NCBI GenBank assembly: GCA_963790025.1
Contig: CAWBMP010000004.1
Coordinates: 1,088,001-1,152,000, forward strand
Reading direction: 5' to 3'
Source of the DNA: Nitrospirota bacterium
GTDB taxonomy: Bacteria > Nitrospirota > Thermodesulfovibrionia > Thermodesulfovibrionales > Dissulfurispiraceae
DNA length: 64,000 nucleotides
Shown piece by piece: positions 8,551 to 19,000 of the stretch. The translations under genes and the position numbers were made by a program. Within the stretch, counting starts at the first letter, position 1. Every line of letters begins with the position of its first letter. Below the pieces are notes generated by a model. That model was not told the origin of the DNA. It saw nothing but the letters and a program-made list of their open reading frames with translations, and did no database searches.

Positions 8551-8586
8551 TGCTATAATAATTTTGTCATGGCTTTTTCCATGACA
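8551..8586 (+). promoter_or_regulatory. Extended -10 promoter with adjacent inverted repeat
   Basis: TGCTATAAT 8551-8559 followed by TGTCATGG-N6-CCATGACA 8565-8586. Confidence 0.55.
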
Positions 8587-8605
8587 TAACAGTCTAAAAG
8601 GAGAT

Positions 8606-9826
8606 ATGGAGATGAAAGCGGTTGAGATCAAGAACGGCATTTATTGGGTGGGCGCAATTGATTGGGCAGTGCGTGATTTTCACGGCTATGTGACCCCCCG
8701 GGGAACGACCTACAATAACTATCTGATTATGGATGATGAAATCACTCTGCTTGATACGGTCAAGTACGATTTCGCTGATGCGACGATCAGGAACATACAA
8801 AGCGTTGTCGACCCCTCCAGAATCAAGCATGTGGTCATCAACCATATAGAAAATGACCATGTCACCAGTATAGGTGACATAATGAAGCTGACTCCCAATG
8901 CGACCATTTATATAACAGAAAAAGGCAGGAAGGGTCTTGAGAGGTTTTTTGATATATCCAGGTGGACTATAAAAACAGTAAAAACCGGTGACACACTCAA
9001 GATTGGCAAACGGACACTGCTCTTCCTGGAGACCCCTATGCTCCACTGGCCCGACTCCATGATGACTTATATAAAAGAGGAAAAGATACTGATCAGCCAG
9101 GATGCTTTCGGCCAGCATATCGCCTCTGCGGTGAGATTCGACGACGAATTCGTGTCGTGTCAGTCCATGGCCGAATTGGACGACGCCGTAAGAGATTATT
9201 ACGCCAATATCCTCATGCCCTTCGGACAGTTGATTAAGGCAAAGATCGCAGAGGTACAAAAGCTAGGCCTCAACATCGAGATTATTGCTCCCGACCATGG
9301 AATAATATGGAAACAGAATCCAAAAAAAGTCATGCAGATGTATCTTGATATGGCCAACGGCAAGGCGCATCTGAGAATTTCCATCATCTACGATACCATG
9401 TGGCACAGTACCGAACAGATGGCGTCGCCCATGATGCAGGGGGTCAAAGACGAGGGCGTTGAATGCAAAGTCATTAAATTACGTGCTACCCCCATGAGTG
9501 CCGCTATAACAGAATTTTGGAACTCCCGGGGCTGCCTAATAGGCACGCCGACCCTCAACAATATAATGTATCCTACAGTAGCCGAGTTTATAACCCATTT
9601 GAGGGGACTGCGCCCAAAAAACAGGATGATCGGCGCTTTTGGCAGTTACGGTTGGGGTGGCGGCGCCGTAAAAGAAGCATACGAGGAATTCAAGAGAATG
9701 GGCCTTGAGATTTATGAACCCGGATTGCAGGTACTGTACAAGCCTTCTTTGGAGGACGAGACTGCATGCTATAATTTCGCCAGGGAATTCGCCAGGCGGG
9801 TTAAAGAATACCACGAGAAATTTTAA
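8606..9826 (+). CDS. fprA: Flavodiiron protein (FprA/ROO family O2/NO reductase)
   Basis: GTTYNNYLI, NHIENDH, HWPDSM, APDHG, and flavodoxin domain AFGSYGWGG. Confidence 0.95.
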   Translation: MEMKAVEIKNGIYWVGAIDWAVRDFHGYVTPRGTTYNNYLIMDDEITLLDTVKYDFADATIRNIQSVVDPSRIKHVVINHIENDHVTSIGDIMKLTPNATIYITEKGRKGLERFFDISRWTIKTVKTGDTLKIGKRTLLFLETPMLHWPDSMMTYIKEEKILISQDAFGQHIASAVRFDDEFVSCQSMAELDDAVRDYYANILMPFGQLIKAKIAEVQKLGLNIEIIAPDHGIIWKQNPKKVMQMYLDMANGKAHLRISIIYDTMWHSTEQMASPMMQGVKDEGVECKVIKLRATPMSAAITEFWNSRGCLIGTPTLNNIMYPTVAEFITHLRGLRPKNRMIGAFGSYGWGGGAVKEAYEEFKRMGLEIYEPGLQVLYKPSLEDETACYNFAREFARRVKEYHEKF

Positions 9827-9842
9827 GGAGGACAGCACAACC

Positions 9843-10337
9843 ATGGGCAAAACTGAAAAAGATTTGATGGATGCGTTTGCAGGAGAGAGTCAGGCTAACA
9901 GAAAATACCTTGCCTTTGCAATGAAGGCGGAAGCGGAGGGCTACAAACAGATTGCCAAGCTGTTCCGCGCTGCTGCGGCAGCCGAAACCATCCACGCACA
10001 TAACCACCTCAGGACCGTCGGCGGCATCAAGACCACAAGAGAGAACCTGGAAGCGGCACTTAACGGCGAAGTTTATGAATTCCAGACGATGTATCCACAG
10101 ATGATCAATGATGCTCAGGCCGAAGACAACAAGGGAGCACTAAAAACATTTACCTATGCCAATGAAGTTGAAAAGGTCCATGCTGCGCTCTACAAAAAAG
10201 CAATAGATGAATTCGCCAAAAATACCGAGACTGACTATTACGTATGCGGTGTCTGCGGACACACCGTGGAAGGCGAGGCGCCTGACGAGTGCCCTGTTTG
10301 CAAAGCCAAGAAACAGGCATTTAAAAAAATCGAATAG
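9843..10337 (+). CDS. rbr: Rubrerythrin
   Basis: AFAGESQANRKY, EKVH, C-terminal CGVCG...CPVC; ATG 9843 with AAGGAGG SD. Confidence 0.95.
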   Translation: MGKTEKDLMDAFAGESQANRKYLAFAMKAEAEGYKQIAKLFRAAAAAETIHAHNHLRTVGGIKTTRENLEAALNGEVYEFQTMYPQMINDAQAEDNKGALKTFTYANEVEKVHAALYKKAIDEFAKNTETDYYVCGVCGHTVEGEAPDECPVCKAKKQAFKKIE

Positions 10338-10346
10338 CATAACCAT

Positions 10347-11870
10347 ATGAGAGTTTATCTTTTTCCCGTTATATGCCTGCTATCCTTGCTGTCGGCATTC
10401 AATTCATTTGCTGCCGATATCAATGTGGAAGCGCTGTCTGCGACCAACCTGAGTCCCGAGACCCAGGCATGCATAAGTTGTCATTATGAATACACACCCG
10501 GAATTGTACTGGACTGGCTGTCGAGCCGGCATTCGAAGACACTTCCGGCAGACGCAATAAAAAAACCCGAGCTTGAGCGCAGGATTTCCGTGGAAGCGCT
10601 TCCGCCCAGTCTGGCAAACTATTTCGTCGGGTGCTATGAATGCCACACCCTCAACACCAAAAAACACAAAGACAATTTCGAACATATGGGCTTCAGAATA
10701 AACGTGATAGTGAGCCCGAACGATTGCAAGACATGCCACCCAGCCGAAGCAGATCAATTTGCCGGTTCAAAGAAAGCCAATGCCAGAAAAAATCTGATGG
10801 CAAATTCCGTCTACCATACTTTGGTGAGCACTATCACCGGGGTAAAGGAGCTTCGGAACAAAAAGCTTGTGTCAAAGGAACCCTCTGCCGCAACTCTTCA
10901 GGATTCCTGTCTCGGCTGCCACGGAACATCGGTTGAAGTTAAAGGTCTGAAGCAGGTCGCCGTGAAGATGGGAGAAATCACGGTCCCGAACCTCACTAAT
11001 TGGCCCAACCAGGGCGTTGGCAGGGAAAATCCTGATGGGAGCCTCGGCACATGCTCGGCATGCCATGCCAGGCACAGTTTCTCCATTGAGGTGGCCAGGA
11101 CCCCCTATACCTGCTCGCAATGTCATATGGAGCCTGACGTCCCTGCCTGGGATGTATACAAAGAGAGCAAGCACGGGAATATATTTTTTTCCAAATATCG
11201 CGAGTGGGATTTGAACGCAGTACCCTGGGTTGCAGGAAAGGATTTCAAAACACCAACCTGCGCCGTCTGCCATAACAGTCTTATTGCGACACCCAACGGA
11301 AACGTGATTGCCGGACGGACCCATGATTTCGGGTCGCGTTTGTGGGTCAGGATATTCGGCCTGATTTACAGCCATCCGCAGCCTATATCCGGGGATACAA
11401 CAATCATACGAAATAAAGACGGCCTGCCGCTGCCGTCGACGTTCGGAGGAGAGCTTGCGTCCGGGTATCTCATCGACAGGGAGGAGCAGGACAGGAGACA
11501 AAAGGCCATGAAAGCAGTATGCAGCGGCTGTCATAGTTCCGATTGGATAAATGGTCACTTTGCAAAATTCGACAGCACAGTCAAAGAGACTGACGCGATG
11601 GTGCATACGGCAACTGAACTGATGACGAATGCATGGACCAATAAACTTGAAGACCCGTCCAATCCGTTCGATGAGAGTATAGAGAAAATGTGGGTCAGCC
11701 AGTGGCTGTTCTACGCTAATTCCATACGCTATGCCTCTGCCATGACCGGCGCTCCCGATTATACGGCCTTCAAGTTAGGATGGTGGGATATGACAGATAA
11801 TCTCAGGAATATGCAGGATATGATCGATTTTAAAAAACAGCTAAAAAAGAAGGGACCCAAGAAAGAATGA
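10347..11870 (+). CDS. Octaheme cytochrome c, hydroxylamine oxidoreductase (HAO)-like
   Basis: Signal peptide and 8 CxxCH motifs (CISCH, CYECH, CKTCH, CLGCH, CSACH, CSQCH, CAVCH, CSGCH); WPNQGVGRENPDG, ESKHG. Confidence 0.85.
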   Translation: MRVYLFPVICLLSLLSAFNSFAADINVEALSATNLSPETQACISCHYEYTPGIVLDWLSSRHSKTLPADAIKKPELERRISVEALPPSLANYFVGCYECHTLNTKKHKDNFEHMGFRINVIVSPNDCKTCHPAEADQFAGSKKANARKNLMANSVYHTLVSTITGVKELRNKKLVSKEPSAATLQDSCLGCHGTSVEVKGLKQVAVKMGEITVPNLTNWPNQGVGRENPDGSLGTCSACHARHSFSIEVARTPYTCSQCHMEPDVPAWDVYKESKHGNIFFSKYREWDLNAVPWVAGKDFKTPTCAVCHNSLIATPNGNVIAGRTHDFGSRLWVRIFGLIYSHPQPISGDTTIIRNKDGLPLPSTFGGELASGYLIDREEQDRRQKAMKAVCSGCHSSDWINGHFAKFDSTVKETDAMVHTATELMTNAWTNKLEDPSNPFDESIEKMWVSQWLFYANSIRYASAMTGAPDYTAFKLGWWDMTDNLRNMQDMIDFKKQLKKKGPKKE

Positions 11871-12439
11871 AGATAGTGGCATTTTTAGGCAGCCCCCGCG
11901 TTGATGGCAATTCGGATATTATGTTGAGAGAGGCGCTCAAGGCAGTTGAGGGCACAACACATGATACGCGGATTTTCAAACTCAATACTATGAAGATAAA
12001 ACCTTGCCAGAACTGCGGCTGCTGTGATGAAGCGGGCATATGCGTTATAAAGGATGAGATGGAGGAAATAAAAGGGGCGATCCGTGAGGCTGACCGCATT
12101 ATTCTTGCCGCACCTATTTTTTTCTTCGGGCTTAGCGCCCAATCGAAAATCATGATTGACCGCTGCCAATCCTTCTGGTGTGAAAAATACTTGTTAAAAA
12201 AGACCATCCCCCCGGGCCCACAGGGAAGAAAAGGGCTGCTCATGCTTGTCGGGGGCATGAAAAAAGATATAGGCATTCAATGCTCGGAAACCACTGCTAA
12301 GGCTTTTTTCAGGACTATCAGCGTTCCTGAACATGAGACGCTGGCCTTCCTGGGGGTTGACGCAAAAGGTGAGATTCGCAACCACCCTACGGCCCTTACT
12401 GATGCTTTCGAGGCGGTAAAAAGATTAATAGCGTTATAG
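11867..12439 (+). CDS. Iron-sulfur flavoprotein / NADPH-dependent FMN reductase family
   Basis: GSPRVDGNS, CQNCGCC...C, APIFF. Confidence 0.9.
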   Translation: MKIVAFLGSPRVDGNSDIMLREALKAVEGTTHDTRIFKLNTMKIKPCQNCGCCDEAGICVIKDEMEEIKGAIREADRIILAAPIFFFGLSAQSKIMIDRCQSFWCEKYLLKKTIPPGPQGRKGLLMLVGGMKKDIGIQCSETTAKAFFRTISVPEHETLAFLGVDAKGEIRNHPTALTDAFEAVKRLIAL

Positions 12440-12456
12440 CGTTAAAGGAGGAGACC

Positions 12457-12777
12457 ATGTCGGAGTTACCAGGGCAGTATAAGAGCATTGTCAAGAGATT
12501 TAAGAAGTACACCAGGGCTGTTGAAAACCTCGGGAAAGCGGCTAAGGAGGCAGGCCCTATCGATGACAAGACATCTCATTTAATCCAGCTGGCAGCTGCC
12601 GCTGCCATAAGATCAGAGGGCTCCGTCCATTCTCATGCCCGGAGGGCGTTGCAGGCTGGCGCTTCCGTGGATGAATTGCATCATGCAATCATACTGCTGT
12701 CAAGCACTATAGGGTTCCCGACTGTATCCGCAGCATTGAGCTGGGTTGATGATGTGATAAAAAAGGATAGGGGCTGA
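12457..12777 (+). CDS. Carboxymuconolactone decarboxylase (AhpD-like) family protein
   Basis: GPIDDKTSHLIQL...HARRALQAGAS...IGFP. Confidence 0.9.
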   Translation: MSELPGQYKSIVKRFKKYTRAVENLGKAAKEAGPIDDKTSHLIQLAAAAAIRSEGSVHSHARRALQAGASVDELHHAIILLSSTIGFPTVSAALSWVDDVIKKDRG

Positions 12778-13731
12778 TTGCAACTTCCACATCCTGACTA
12801 TATACAATTTTTCCCTACCCTTAATTGCAACCTGCACTGCGGTTTCTGTTTTAACAGGGGGTTGAATACGGACAGCGAAATTACCTCAGACAGTTTTGAG
12901 AGGCTCGCTGGAATAATACTTGATGCCGGGATATGTGAGATAGATATCCTGGGCGGCGAGCCTTCGCTTCATCCTGATATTGTCCGGCTCATCGACATCG
13001 CTGCAACGCTCAAGCTCAGGTTGAACCTGAGCACCAACGGCACAAATGTCGCCATACTGGAGCGCCTGTCTGAAACATATGGCAAGGGCATTGTTAATAT
13101 AGGCATCTCGCTTAACGGCAACCGCGTGACCAAAGAACTCGAAAACTACATTTTCAAGCACCGGCCCCTGCTTAAAACCATCTATAAAAAAACAGGATTG
13201 CCGTCGCAGGCTATCCGTTACCTCGGTTTGACGGAAACAACCTATTATCTGCTATATATGGATGCCGTTAACAAAAGCGATCTTTTGGAGAGCTTGCATT
13301 TCTCTCATTATTATAAACAACTTTCTGATCTGCGATGCAAATACGACAATATAGCCGGAGTTTACTGCGGAGGCTTTATTCCCGATATCGGAAGTCAACC
13401 ATTGTTAAGAGACGTCAGGTGCCCTGCAGGGACCACAAAACTCTCCGTTCTTCCCGATGGTTCGGTCTACCCCTGCTATCTTTTTTTCAGACATAATGAA
13501 TTCAGACTGGGCAATATTTTGACAGATAGATTTGAGAATATCTGGTGCAATCCAACACTAGACTTTTTCAGGACATTCCACGGCAATAAATGTCCCGATA
13601 AAAACTGTGAATTGTTTTCAAAATGCCACGGCGGATGTCCCGCGGTAAGTCTCTTGATCTGCGGCGATATCGCTGCTCCTGACCCGCGGTGTGTCAGGAG
13701 CCCGCTGCCTTATCTAACCGATTACAACTGA
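12778..13731 (+). CDS. Radical SAM protein with SPASM domain
   Basis: CNLHCGFC, GGEP, CPAG...DGSVYPC...C...C.GGC. Confidence 0.9.
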   Translation: MQLPHPDYIQFFPTLNCNLHCGFCFNRGLNTDSEITSDSFERLAGIILDAGICEIDILGGEPSLHPDIVRLIDIAATLKLRLNLSTNGTNVAILERLSETYGKGIVNIGISLNGNRVTKELENYIFKHRPLLKTIYKKTGLPSQAIRYLGLTETTYYLLYMDAVNKSDLLESLHFSHYYKQLSDLRCKYDNIAGVYCGGFIPDIGSQPLLRDVRCPAGTTKLSVLPDGSVYPCYLFFRHNEFRLGNILTDRFENIWCNPTLDFFRTFHGNKCPDKNCELFSKCHGGCPAVSLLICGDIAAPDPRCVRSPLPYLTDYN

Positions 13732-15096
13732 CGGTATAATCCCGATAACAAATACCATCACGACTGTGATAACGAGGGCCAATCCCAGGGTCGGAGAAGG
13801 GCTTATTCCGGCCTCTCCTGTCGGCTCCTTCATATACATGTTCATCACTACCCTCAAGTAGTAATAAGCTGAAATGGAGCTGAATATGACGGCAATAACG
13901 ACAACCCATGTGTATCCGGCGTTTATTGCCGCCATAAATATATTGAATTTTCCAATGAATCCTGCCGTCGGCGGTATGCCCGTAAGCGAGAACATAAAGA
14001 CGAGCATTAACGCCGCGACAATCGGCCGGCTCTTTGCCAGGCCTTCGTAGTCTTTTATTTCTTCTCCCTTGTCCAGCATTATGACAACCGCAAATGCGCC
14101 CATATTCATAAAAGCGTAAATAAGCATGTAAGTCATCATTGCATGCCGTCCAGCCTCGGTTCCGGCGATAACTCCGATGAGCATATAGCCAGCATGAGCG
14201 ATCGACGAATAGGCAAGCATTCTTTTTATATTAGTCTGCGAAATGGCAAGTATGTTCCCTACTGCCATGGTCAGAATTGCAATCCCGATAAGCAAGGGGG
14301 TCCAATCAGCCTGCACGTTCTGGAAAGCCACGTAGAATACCCTCCCTATAACCGCAAAGCCAGCGGCCTTTGGGCCAACAGACATAAAGGCTGTTATGGA
14401 TGTGGGTGCACCCTCATAAACATCGGGGGCCCACATGTGAAATGGCGCAGCGGCTATCTTAAAGGAAAAAGCGACCGCAATAAGCACCATGCTCAGCAGC
14501 AGGGTGGTGGATACTTCGGTCTGCTTCAGTTGTTCTGCTATTTTGTACAGGTCCGTTGTAGTGGTAAGGCCGTAGATGAGTGATATTCCGTAGAGGAGCA
14601 AGGCTGATGAAAATGCCCCGAGAAGAAAATACTTCAGCGCCGCCTCGTTAGACTTGATATCATGACGCTTAATTCCGGCAAGAACATATGTACTCAGCGC
14701 CATAAGCTCAAGGCCAAGATAAAGTACAATAAAGTCCCTTGCCGATGCCATGATCATCATGCCGGTGGTAGCGAACAGAAGAAGGCTGTAATACTCTCCG
14801 TATTCGGCTTCCTGCCGCTGGAGATACTTCAGAGAAATCAGTATGGTCAGCACGAGGTTGATAAGGAAAATAACTTTGAAATACATGCTGTAATTGTCGC
14901 TAATAAACATACCTCCGAATGTCTCCCCGTAGCTGCAGGGCAGAACATAGAAGGTTGCAGCCGCAGCAATAATTCCGACAAGCGCGAGGACACCCTTGTT
15001 CTTGAAAACAAGCTCCATCATAAGGAGCAGCATTGCTGCAACGGACAATATGATTTCCGGCATCAGCGGCGACAGATTAGGAAACGGAATGTTCAT
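13714..15096 (-). CDS. nuoN: NADH-quinone oxidoreductase subunit N
   Basis: EAALKYF, PFHMWAPDVYEGAP, KRMLAYSSIAH. Confidence 0.95.
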   Translation of the reverse strand: MNIPFPNLSPLMPEIILSVAAMLLLMMELVFKNKGVLALVGIIAAAATFYVLPCSYGETFGGMFISDNYSMYFKVIFLINLVLTILISLKYLQRQEAEYGEYYSLLLFATTGMMIMASARDFIVLYLGLELMALSTYVLAGIKRHDIKSNEAALKYFLLGAFSSALLLYGISLIYGLTTTTDLYKIAEQLKQTEVSTTLLLSMVLIAVAFSFKIAAAPFHMWAPDVYEGAPTSITAFMSVGPKAAGFAVIGRVFYVAFQNVQADWTPLLIGIAILTMAVGNILAISQTNIKRMLAYSSIAHAGYMLIGVIAGTEAGRHAMMTYMLIYAFMNMGAFAVVIMLDKGEEIKDYEGLAKSRPIVAALMLVFMFSLTGIPPTAGFIGKFNIFMAAINAGYTWVVVIAVIFSSISAYYYLRVVMNMYMKEPTGEAGISPSPTLGLALVITVVMVFVIGIIPSVVIG

Positions 15097-16601
15097 TGTA
15101 TCACCTCAATTATATGCTGCGCCACATTCTGACACCCGGCCGTGTTTATCCGCTCGATCAGATGCTGCACTGATACATCCATAAAACTTAAAAACGTATT
15201 GGGATACACTCCTATCCAGAACACCAGGATAATGAGCGGAGCAAGCGTTAAGATTTCCCTCACATCTATGTCCTTGAAACCCTGAACCTTGGGATTGACC
15301 TCCAGGAAAAAGACCCTCTGGTAGAGCCAGAGCATGTATCCGGCGCCGATTATTATTCCGGTTGCCGAGAGAGCGCCTAATGTCTTTGATGCGGTAAAGC
15401 CCCCTAGGATTATGAGAAATTCACCGACAAAGCCGTTTGTACTCGGAAGCCCTATCGAGGCAAGGGTAAACACAATAAAGAGTGCGGAGTAAACAGGAAA
15501 TACCGTCGCCACACCGCCGTAGTCGGCAATCTGTCTCGTGTGGGTCCTGTCATAAATCATACCTATGCTCAAAAACAGTCCGCCCGTTACAATCCCATGA
15601 TTGAGCATCTGAAGTATTCCGCCTTGCAACCCCTGCATATTAAGCGCGAAGATGCCGAGTGTGACAAAGCCCATATGGCTCACGGAGCTATAAGCGATAA
15701 GCCTTTTCATATCGGTTTGACCAAGGCAGATTACTGCGCCGTAAATAATAGCTATTACCGACATGACCATCATTGCCGGCGCCATGGCCTTTGTAGCTTC
15801 GGGCAGTATAGGCATGCTGAATCTCAGGAAGCCGTATGCACCCATCTTTATGAGAATGCCAGCGAGGATAACGCTTCCTGCTGTCGGGGCCTCGGTGTGA
15901 GCATCCGGCAGCCAGGTGTGAACCGGGAACATGGGCACTTTCACGGCAAATGCCGCAAAAAAAGCCCAGAAAAGCATGACCTGGAGATTAAAGGGATAAT
16001 TGGTTGTCATCATTTGCAGTATATCGAAGCTCTTTCCAGTATTAAGATAGAGGACGATAATGCCTATAAGCATAAGCACGCTGCCCACAAGTGTAAATAG
16101 GAAAAATTTGATGGCAGCATATATCCTTTTCGGCCCTCCCCATACCCCTATCAGAAGGTACATGGGGATAAGCATTGCCTCCCAGAAAATATAGAAGAGG
16201 AACAGATCGAGGCTGCAGAATACTCCTATCATCGACCCTTCGATAAGAAGCAGCGCGGCAAAGAATTCTTTCGTTTTTTGTTTCACACTTTTCCACGATA
16301 CGGTGACGCAGAGAATAGACAACAGCGTTGAGAGGAGAACGAACAGGACGCTTATTCCGTCCACGCCCAGGGTATAGTTTATCCTCCATGCGGGGATCCA
16401 TCGATATTTCTCTACAAACTGCATGGCGGCCGTTGTTTTATTGAAGGTGCAGAAAAGAGGCAAGCTCAGCGCAAAATTGATTATACTGAAGGCCAGCGCC
16501 GTCCATTTTATCAGTCCTTCGTTAGACCTCTGCATTAGTAAGATAAGCAGCGCACCCGCTATGGGCAGGAATATGACTGTGCTTAAAATCGGGTAATCCA
16601 T
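15093..16601 (-). CDS. nuoM: NADH-quinone oxidoreductase subunit M
   Basis: FWEAMLIP, HTWLPDAHTEAPT, LIAYSSVSH. Confidence 0.95.
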   Translation of the reverse strand: MDYPILSTVIFLPIAGALLILLMQRSNEGLIKWTALAFSIINFALSLPLFCTFNKTTAAMQFVEKYRWIPAWRINYTLGVDGISVLFVLLSTLLSILCVTVSWKSVKQKTKEFFAALLLIEGSMIGVFCSLDLFLFYIFWEAMLIPMYLLIGVWGGPKRIYAAIKFFLFTLVGSVLMLIGIIVLYLNTGKSFDILQMMTTNYPFNLQVMLFWAFFAAFAVKVPMFPVHTWLPDAHTEAPTAGSVILAGILIKMGAYGFLRFSMPILPEATKAMAPAMMVMSVIAIIYGAVICLGQTDMKRLIAYSSVSHMGFVTLGIFALNMQGLQGGILQMLNHGIVTGGLFLSIGMIYDRTHTRQIADYGGVATVFPVYSALFIVFTLASIGLPSTNGFVGEFLIILGGFTASKTLGALSATGIIIGAGYMLWLYQRVFFLEVNPKVQGFKDIDVREILTLAPLIILVFWIGVYPNTFLSFMDVSVQHLIERINTAGCQNVAQHIIEVIQ

Positions 16602-16614
16602 CTATCCTCCTCAG

Positions 16615-16740
16615 TGACGGTTTCGTAAAAAGCCCATATACTGCGTTGCCCTTCACACTTCGTCACTGCAACGTACTTACAGTACGTCTCATTCCTCAGT
16701 GTTCGTACGCCTTGTCTATGGCCTTTTTACAAAACCGTCA
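16615..16740. mobile_element. MITE/REP-like palindromic element between nuoL and nuoM
   Basis: 24-bp terminal inverted repeats, 22/24 identical (TGACGGTTTYGTAAAAAGSCCATA); central ACGTACT-TAC-AGTACGT hairpin; non-coding. Confidence 0.75.
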
Positions 16741-16761
16741 TAATTCATAATTCCTGATTAA

Positions 16762-18693
16762 TTATTTTACTGTACCAATGAGAACGAGCGAAAACAGAAT
16801 AAACAGCCCTATCGCCATACTGATTGCATAGTGCTGCACATATCCGGTCTGCAGCTTTCTTAATCTTTCACTGAAATTTCCGATCATTCTGGGCACGCCA
16901 TTTACAATGCCTTCTATAATCGTGCCGTCCGTCACCGGCATAAGTATGCTGCTCGCCAACCACATCGTGGGCCTTATAATAATAAAATCATATAATTCGT
17001 CCACATAATATTTATTCCACAACACAGCATATATCCCGCTGAAGTTCTTGGCCAGGCTCTTCGGTATACCAGGCTTCAGCACATAAAATATCCATGAAAC
17101 AATTATGCCTCCGACAGCGCAGGCTATTGAAACAGCCATTACCATCTTCTCCTCTGCCTCGCCGGCATGGACGTGAGGATGACCAAGTACGGGCTGGAAG
17201 AAGTGGCCTATAAAATTGCCTCCGCCCAAGGTTTCAGGGATTCCTACCCATCCGGCAAATATCGACCCAACAGCGAGAATCATGAGCGGGATGGTCATTG
17301 ACTTTGGCGACTCATGAAGGTGATGCTCCTGCTCGTGAGTCCCCCTGAATTTTCCATGGAATGCCAGGAAAATAATCCTGAAGCTGTAGAATGCGGTAAG
17401 CGCGGCCACCAGAGTTCCCATGGCCCATACAATCCTGCCGATAGAACCGCCGTTATATGCAAGCCAGAGTATCTCATCTTTGCTGAAGAAGCCCGAGAGC
17501 CCGGGTATGCCTGCGATGCTCAATGAAGCAATCAGGAACGTCCAGTAAGTAACAGGCATATATTTCTTGAGTCCGCCCATCTTTTGTATGTCCAGTTCGC
17601 CTGACATGGCGTGCATGACGCTGCCGGCCCCGAGGAACAGAAGGGCCTTAAAGTATGCGTGAGTATACAGATGGAAGATACCAGCTCCATAAGCGCCGAC
17701 GCCGCACGCAAGGACCATATAGCCAAGCTGGCTTAGTGTGGAATACGCGATAATACGTTTTATATCATTTTGCACCAGCGCTATAGTAGCAGCAAACAGG
17801 CTCGTGACTGCGCCGGTAATCGCCACAACGCCCATGGCAACAGGCGACAAACTGAAAACGGGGTTGAACCTTGCCACCATGAATACGCCGGCGGTAACCA
17901 TAGTTGCCGCGTGTATCAGTGCGCTTACCGGTGTCGGGCCTTCCATAGCATCAGGCAGCCAGACGTGTAGCGGGATCTGGGCTGATTTGCCGACAGCGCC
18001 GCAAAACAGAAGCAGTGCGATAAGGGTTATAAGGTCTACATTGTATCCATAAACGGCTATCGTATGCCCCTGAAGCGTTGCGACCTTGCTGAATATGTCG
18101 GCGTAGTGGACGCTGCCCAGAGTCAGGAAGATCAGCATCACTCCCAATCCGAAGCCGAAATCTCCGAACCTGTTTACAATAAAGGCCTTTTTGCCCGCAT
18201 CGGATGCGCTCTTCTTCTCATACCAGAAACCGATGAGGAAATAGGAGCACAAACCCACTGCCTCCCATCCGAAATAAAGCTGGAGGAGATTGTTGGCAGT
18301 CACAAGCATAAGCATCGAAAATGTGAAAAGGCTCAGATAGGAGAAAAAGCGGTAATATCCGCCATCACCGTGCATGTAACCGACAGAATAAATATGGACA
18401 AGCAGGCTTATACTGGTCACTACGATAAGCATTATGGCGGTAAGCTGGTCTATTAAAAACCCTACGCTTGCTTTGAAAGTACCGGAGACGATCCAGGTGT
18501 AAACGTCCTGGTTGATGACCTTGCCGCCCATGACTTCAGCAAAAGTCATCACCGCAAGCGCAAAGGAGCCGAACACCGCGAGGATAGCGACCCAGTGTGC
18601 CTTGTCCTTAAAAATAGATTTCCCGAATAGAATATTTATGATAAAAGCTGCAAGCGGCAAGAGAGGAATTAAAATATACTGTTCCATTGTCAC
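16762..18693 (-). CDS. nuoL: NADH-quinone oxidoreductase subunit L
   Basis: [32 protein letters not shown]. Confidence 0.97.
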   Translation of the reverse strand: MTMEQYILIPLLPLAAFIINILFGKSIFKDKAHWVAILAVFGSFALAVMTFAEVMGGKVINQDVYTWIVSGTFKASVGFLIDQLTAIMLIVVTSISLLVHIYSVGYMHGDGGYYRFFSYLSLFTFSMLMLVTANNLLQLYFGWEAVGLCSYFLIGFWYEKKSASDAGKKAFIVNRFGDFGFGLGVMLIFLTLGSVHYADIFSKVATLQGHTIAVYGYNVDLITLIALLLFCGAVGKSAQIPLHVWLPDAMEGPTPVSALIHAATMVTAGVFMVARFNPVFSLSPVAMGVVAITGAVTSLFAATIALVQNDIKRIIAYSTLSQLGYMVLACGVGAYGAGIFHLYTHAYFKALLFLGAGSVMHAMSGELDIQKMGGLKKYMPVTYWTFLIASLSIAGIPGLSGFFSKDEILWLAYNGGSIGRIVWAMGTLVAALTAFYSFRIIFLAFHGKFRGTHEQEHHLHESPKSMTIPLMILAVGSIFAGWVGIPETLGGGNFIGHFFQPVLGHPHVHAGEAEEKMVMAVSIACAVGGIIVSWIFYVLKPGIPKSLAKNFSGIYAVLWNKYYVDELYDFIIIRPTMWLASSILMPVTDGTIIEGIVNGVPRMIGNFSERLRKLQTGYVQHYAISMAIGLFILFSLVLIGTVK

Positions 18694-18992
18694 CCCTTCA
18701 TTTCAATGATGTCGTCTGTGTGTATTGCAGCCTTGTTTCTAAACAGCGACACCAGTATCGCCAAACCGATCGCTGCCTCGGCCGCTGCAACGGTGATTAT
18801 GAAAAAAACCAGTATCTGGCCCCTCAGGTCCTGAAGGTAGTGGCTAAAAGTTACAAGGCTGATATTGACCGAATTCAGCATCAGTTCTATGGAAATAAGC
18901 ATAATGAGTATGTTCCGTCTGATCAGGAACCCGACAGCGCCGATGGTGAATATGACTGCACTTAACCCTATATACCAATTTAACGGTACCAT
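18690..18992 (-). CDS. nuoK: NADH-quinone oxidoreductase subunit K
   Basis: [16 protein letters not shown]. Confidence 0.95.
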   Translation of the reverse strand: MVPLNWYIGLSAVIFTIGAVGFLIRRNILIMLISIELMLNSVNISLVTFSHYLQDLRGQILVFFIITVAAAEAAIGLAILVSLFRNKAAIHTDDIIEMKG

Positions 18993-19000
18993 CTGTCCTC

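Noticed and set aside
8530..8589. 19-aa ORF with AAGGAG SD (MVVQEIKCYNNFVMAFSMT) as a leader peptide
   Set aside because: It overlaps an extended -10 and an operator-like IR and has no attenuator signature; the promoter reading is simpler, though the peptide is not excluded.
9705..9842. N-terminal extension of rubrerythrin with a CRYC motif
   Set aside because: Overlaps fprA; a strong SD precedes ATG 9843.
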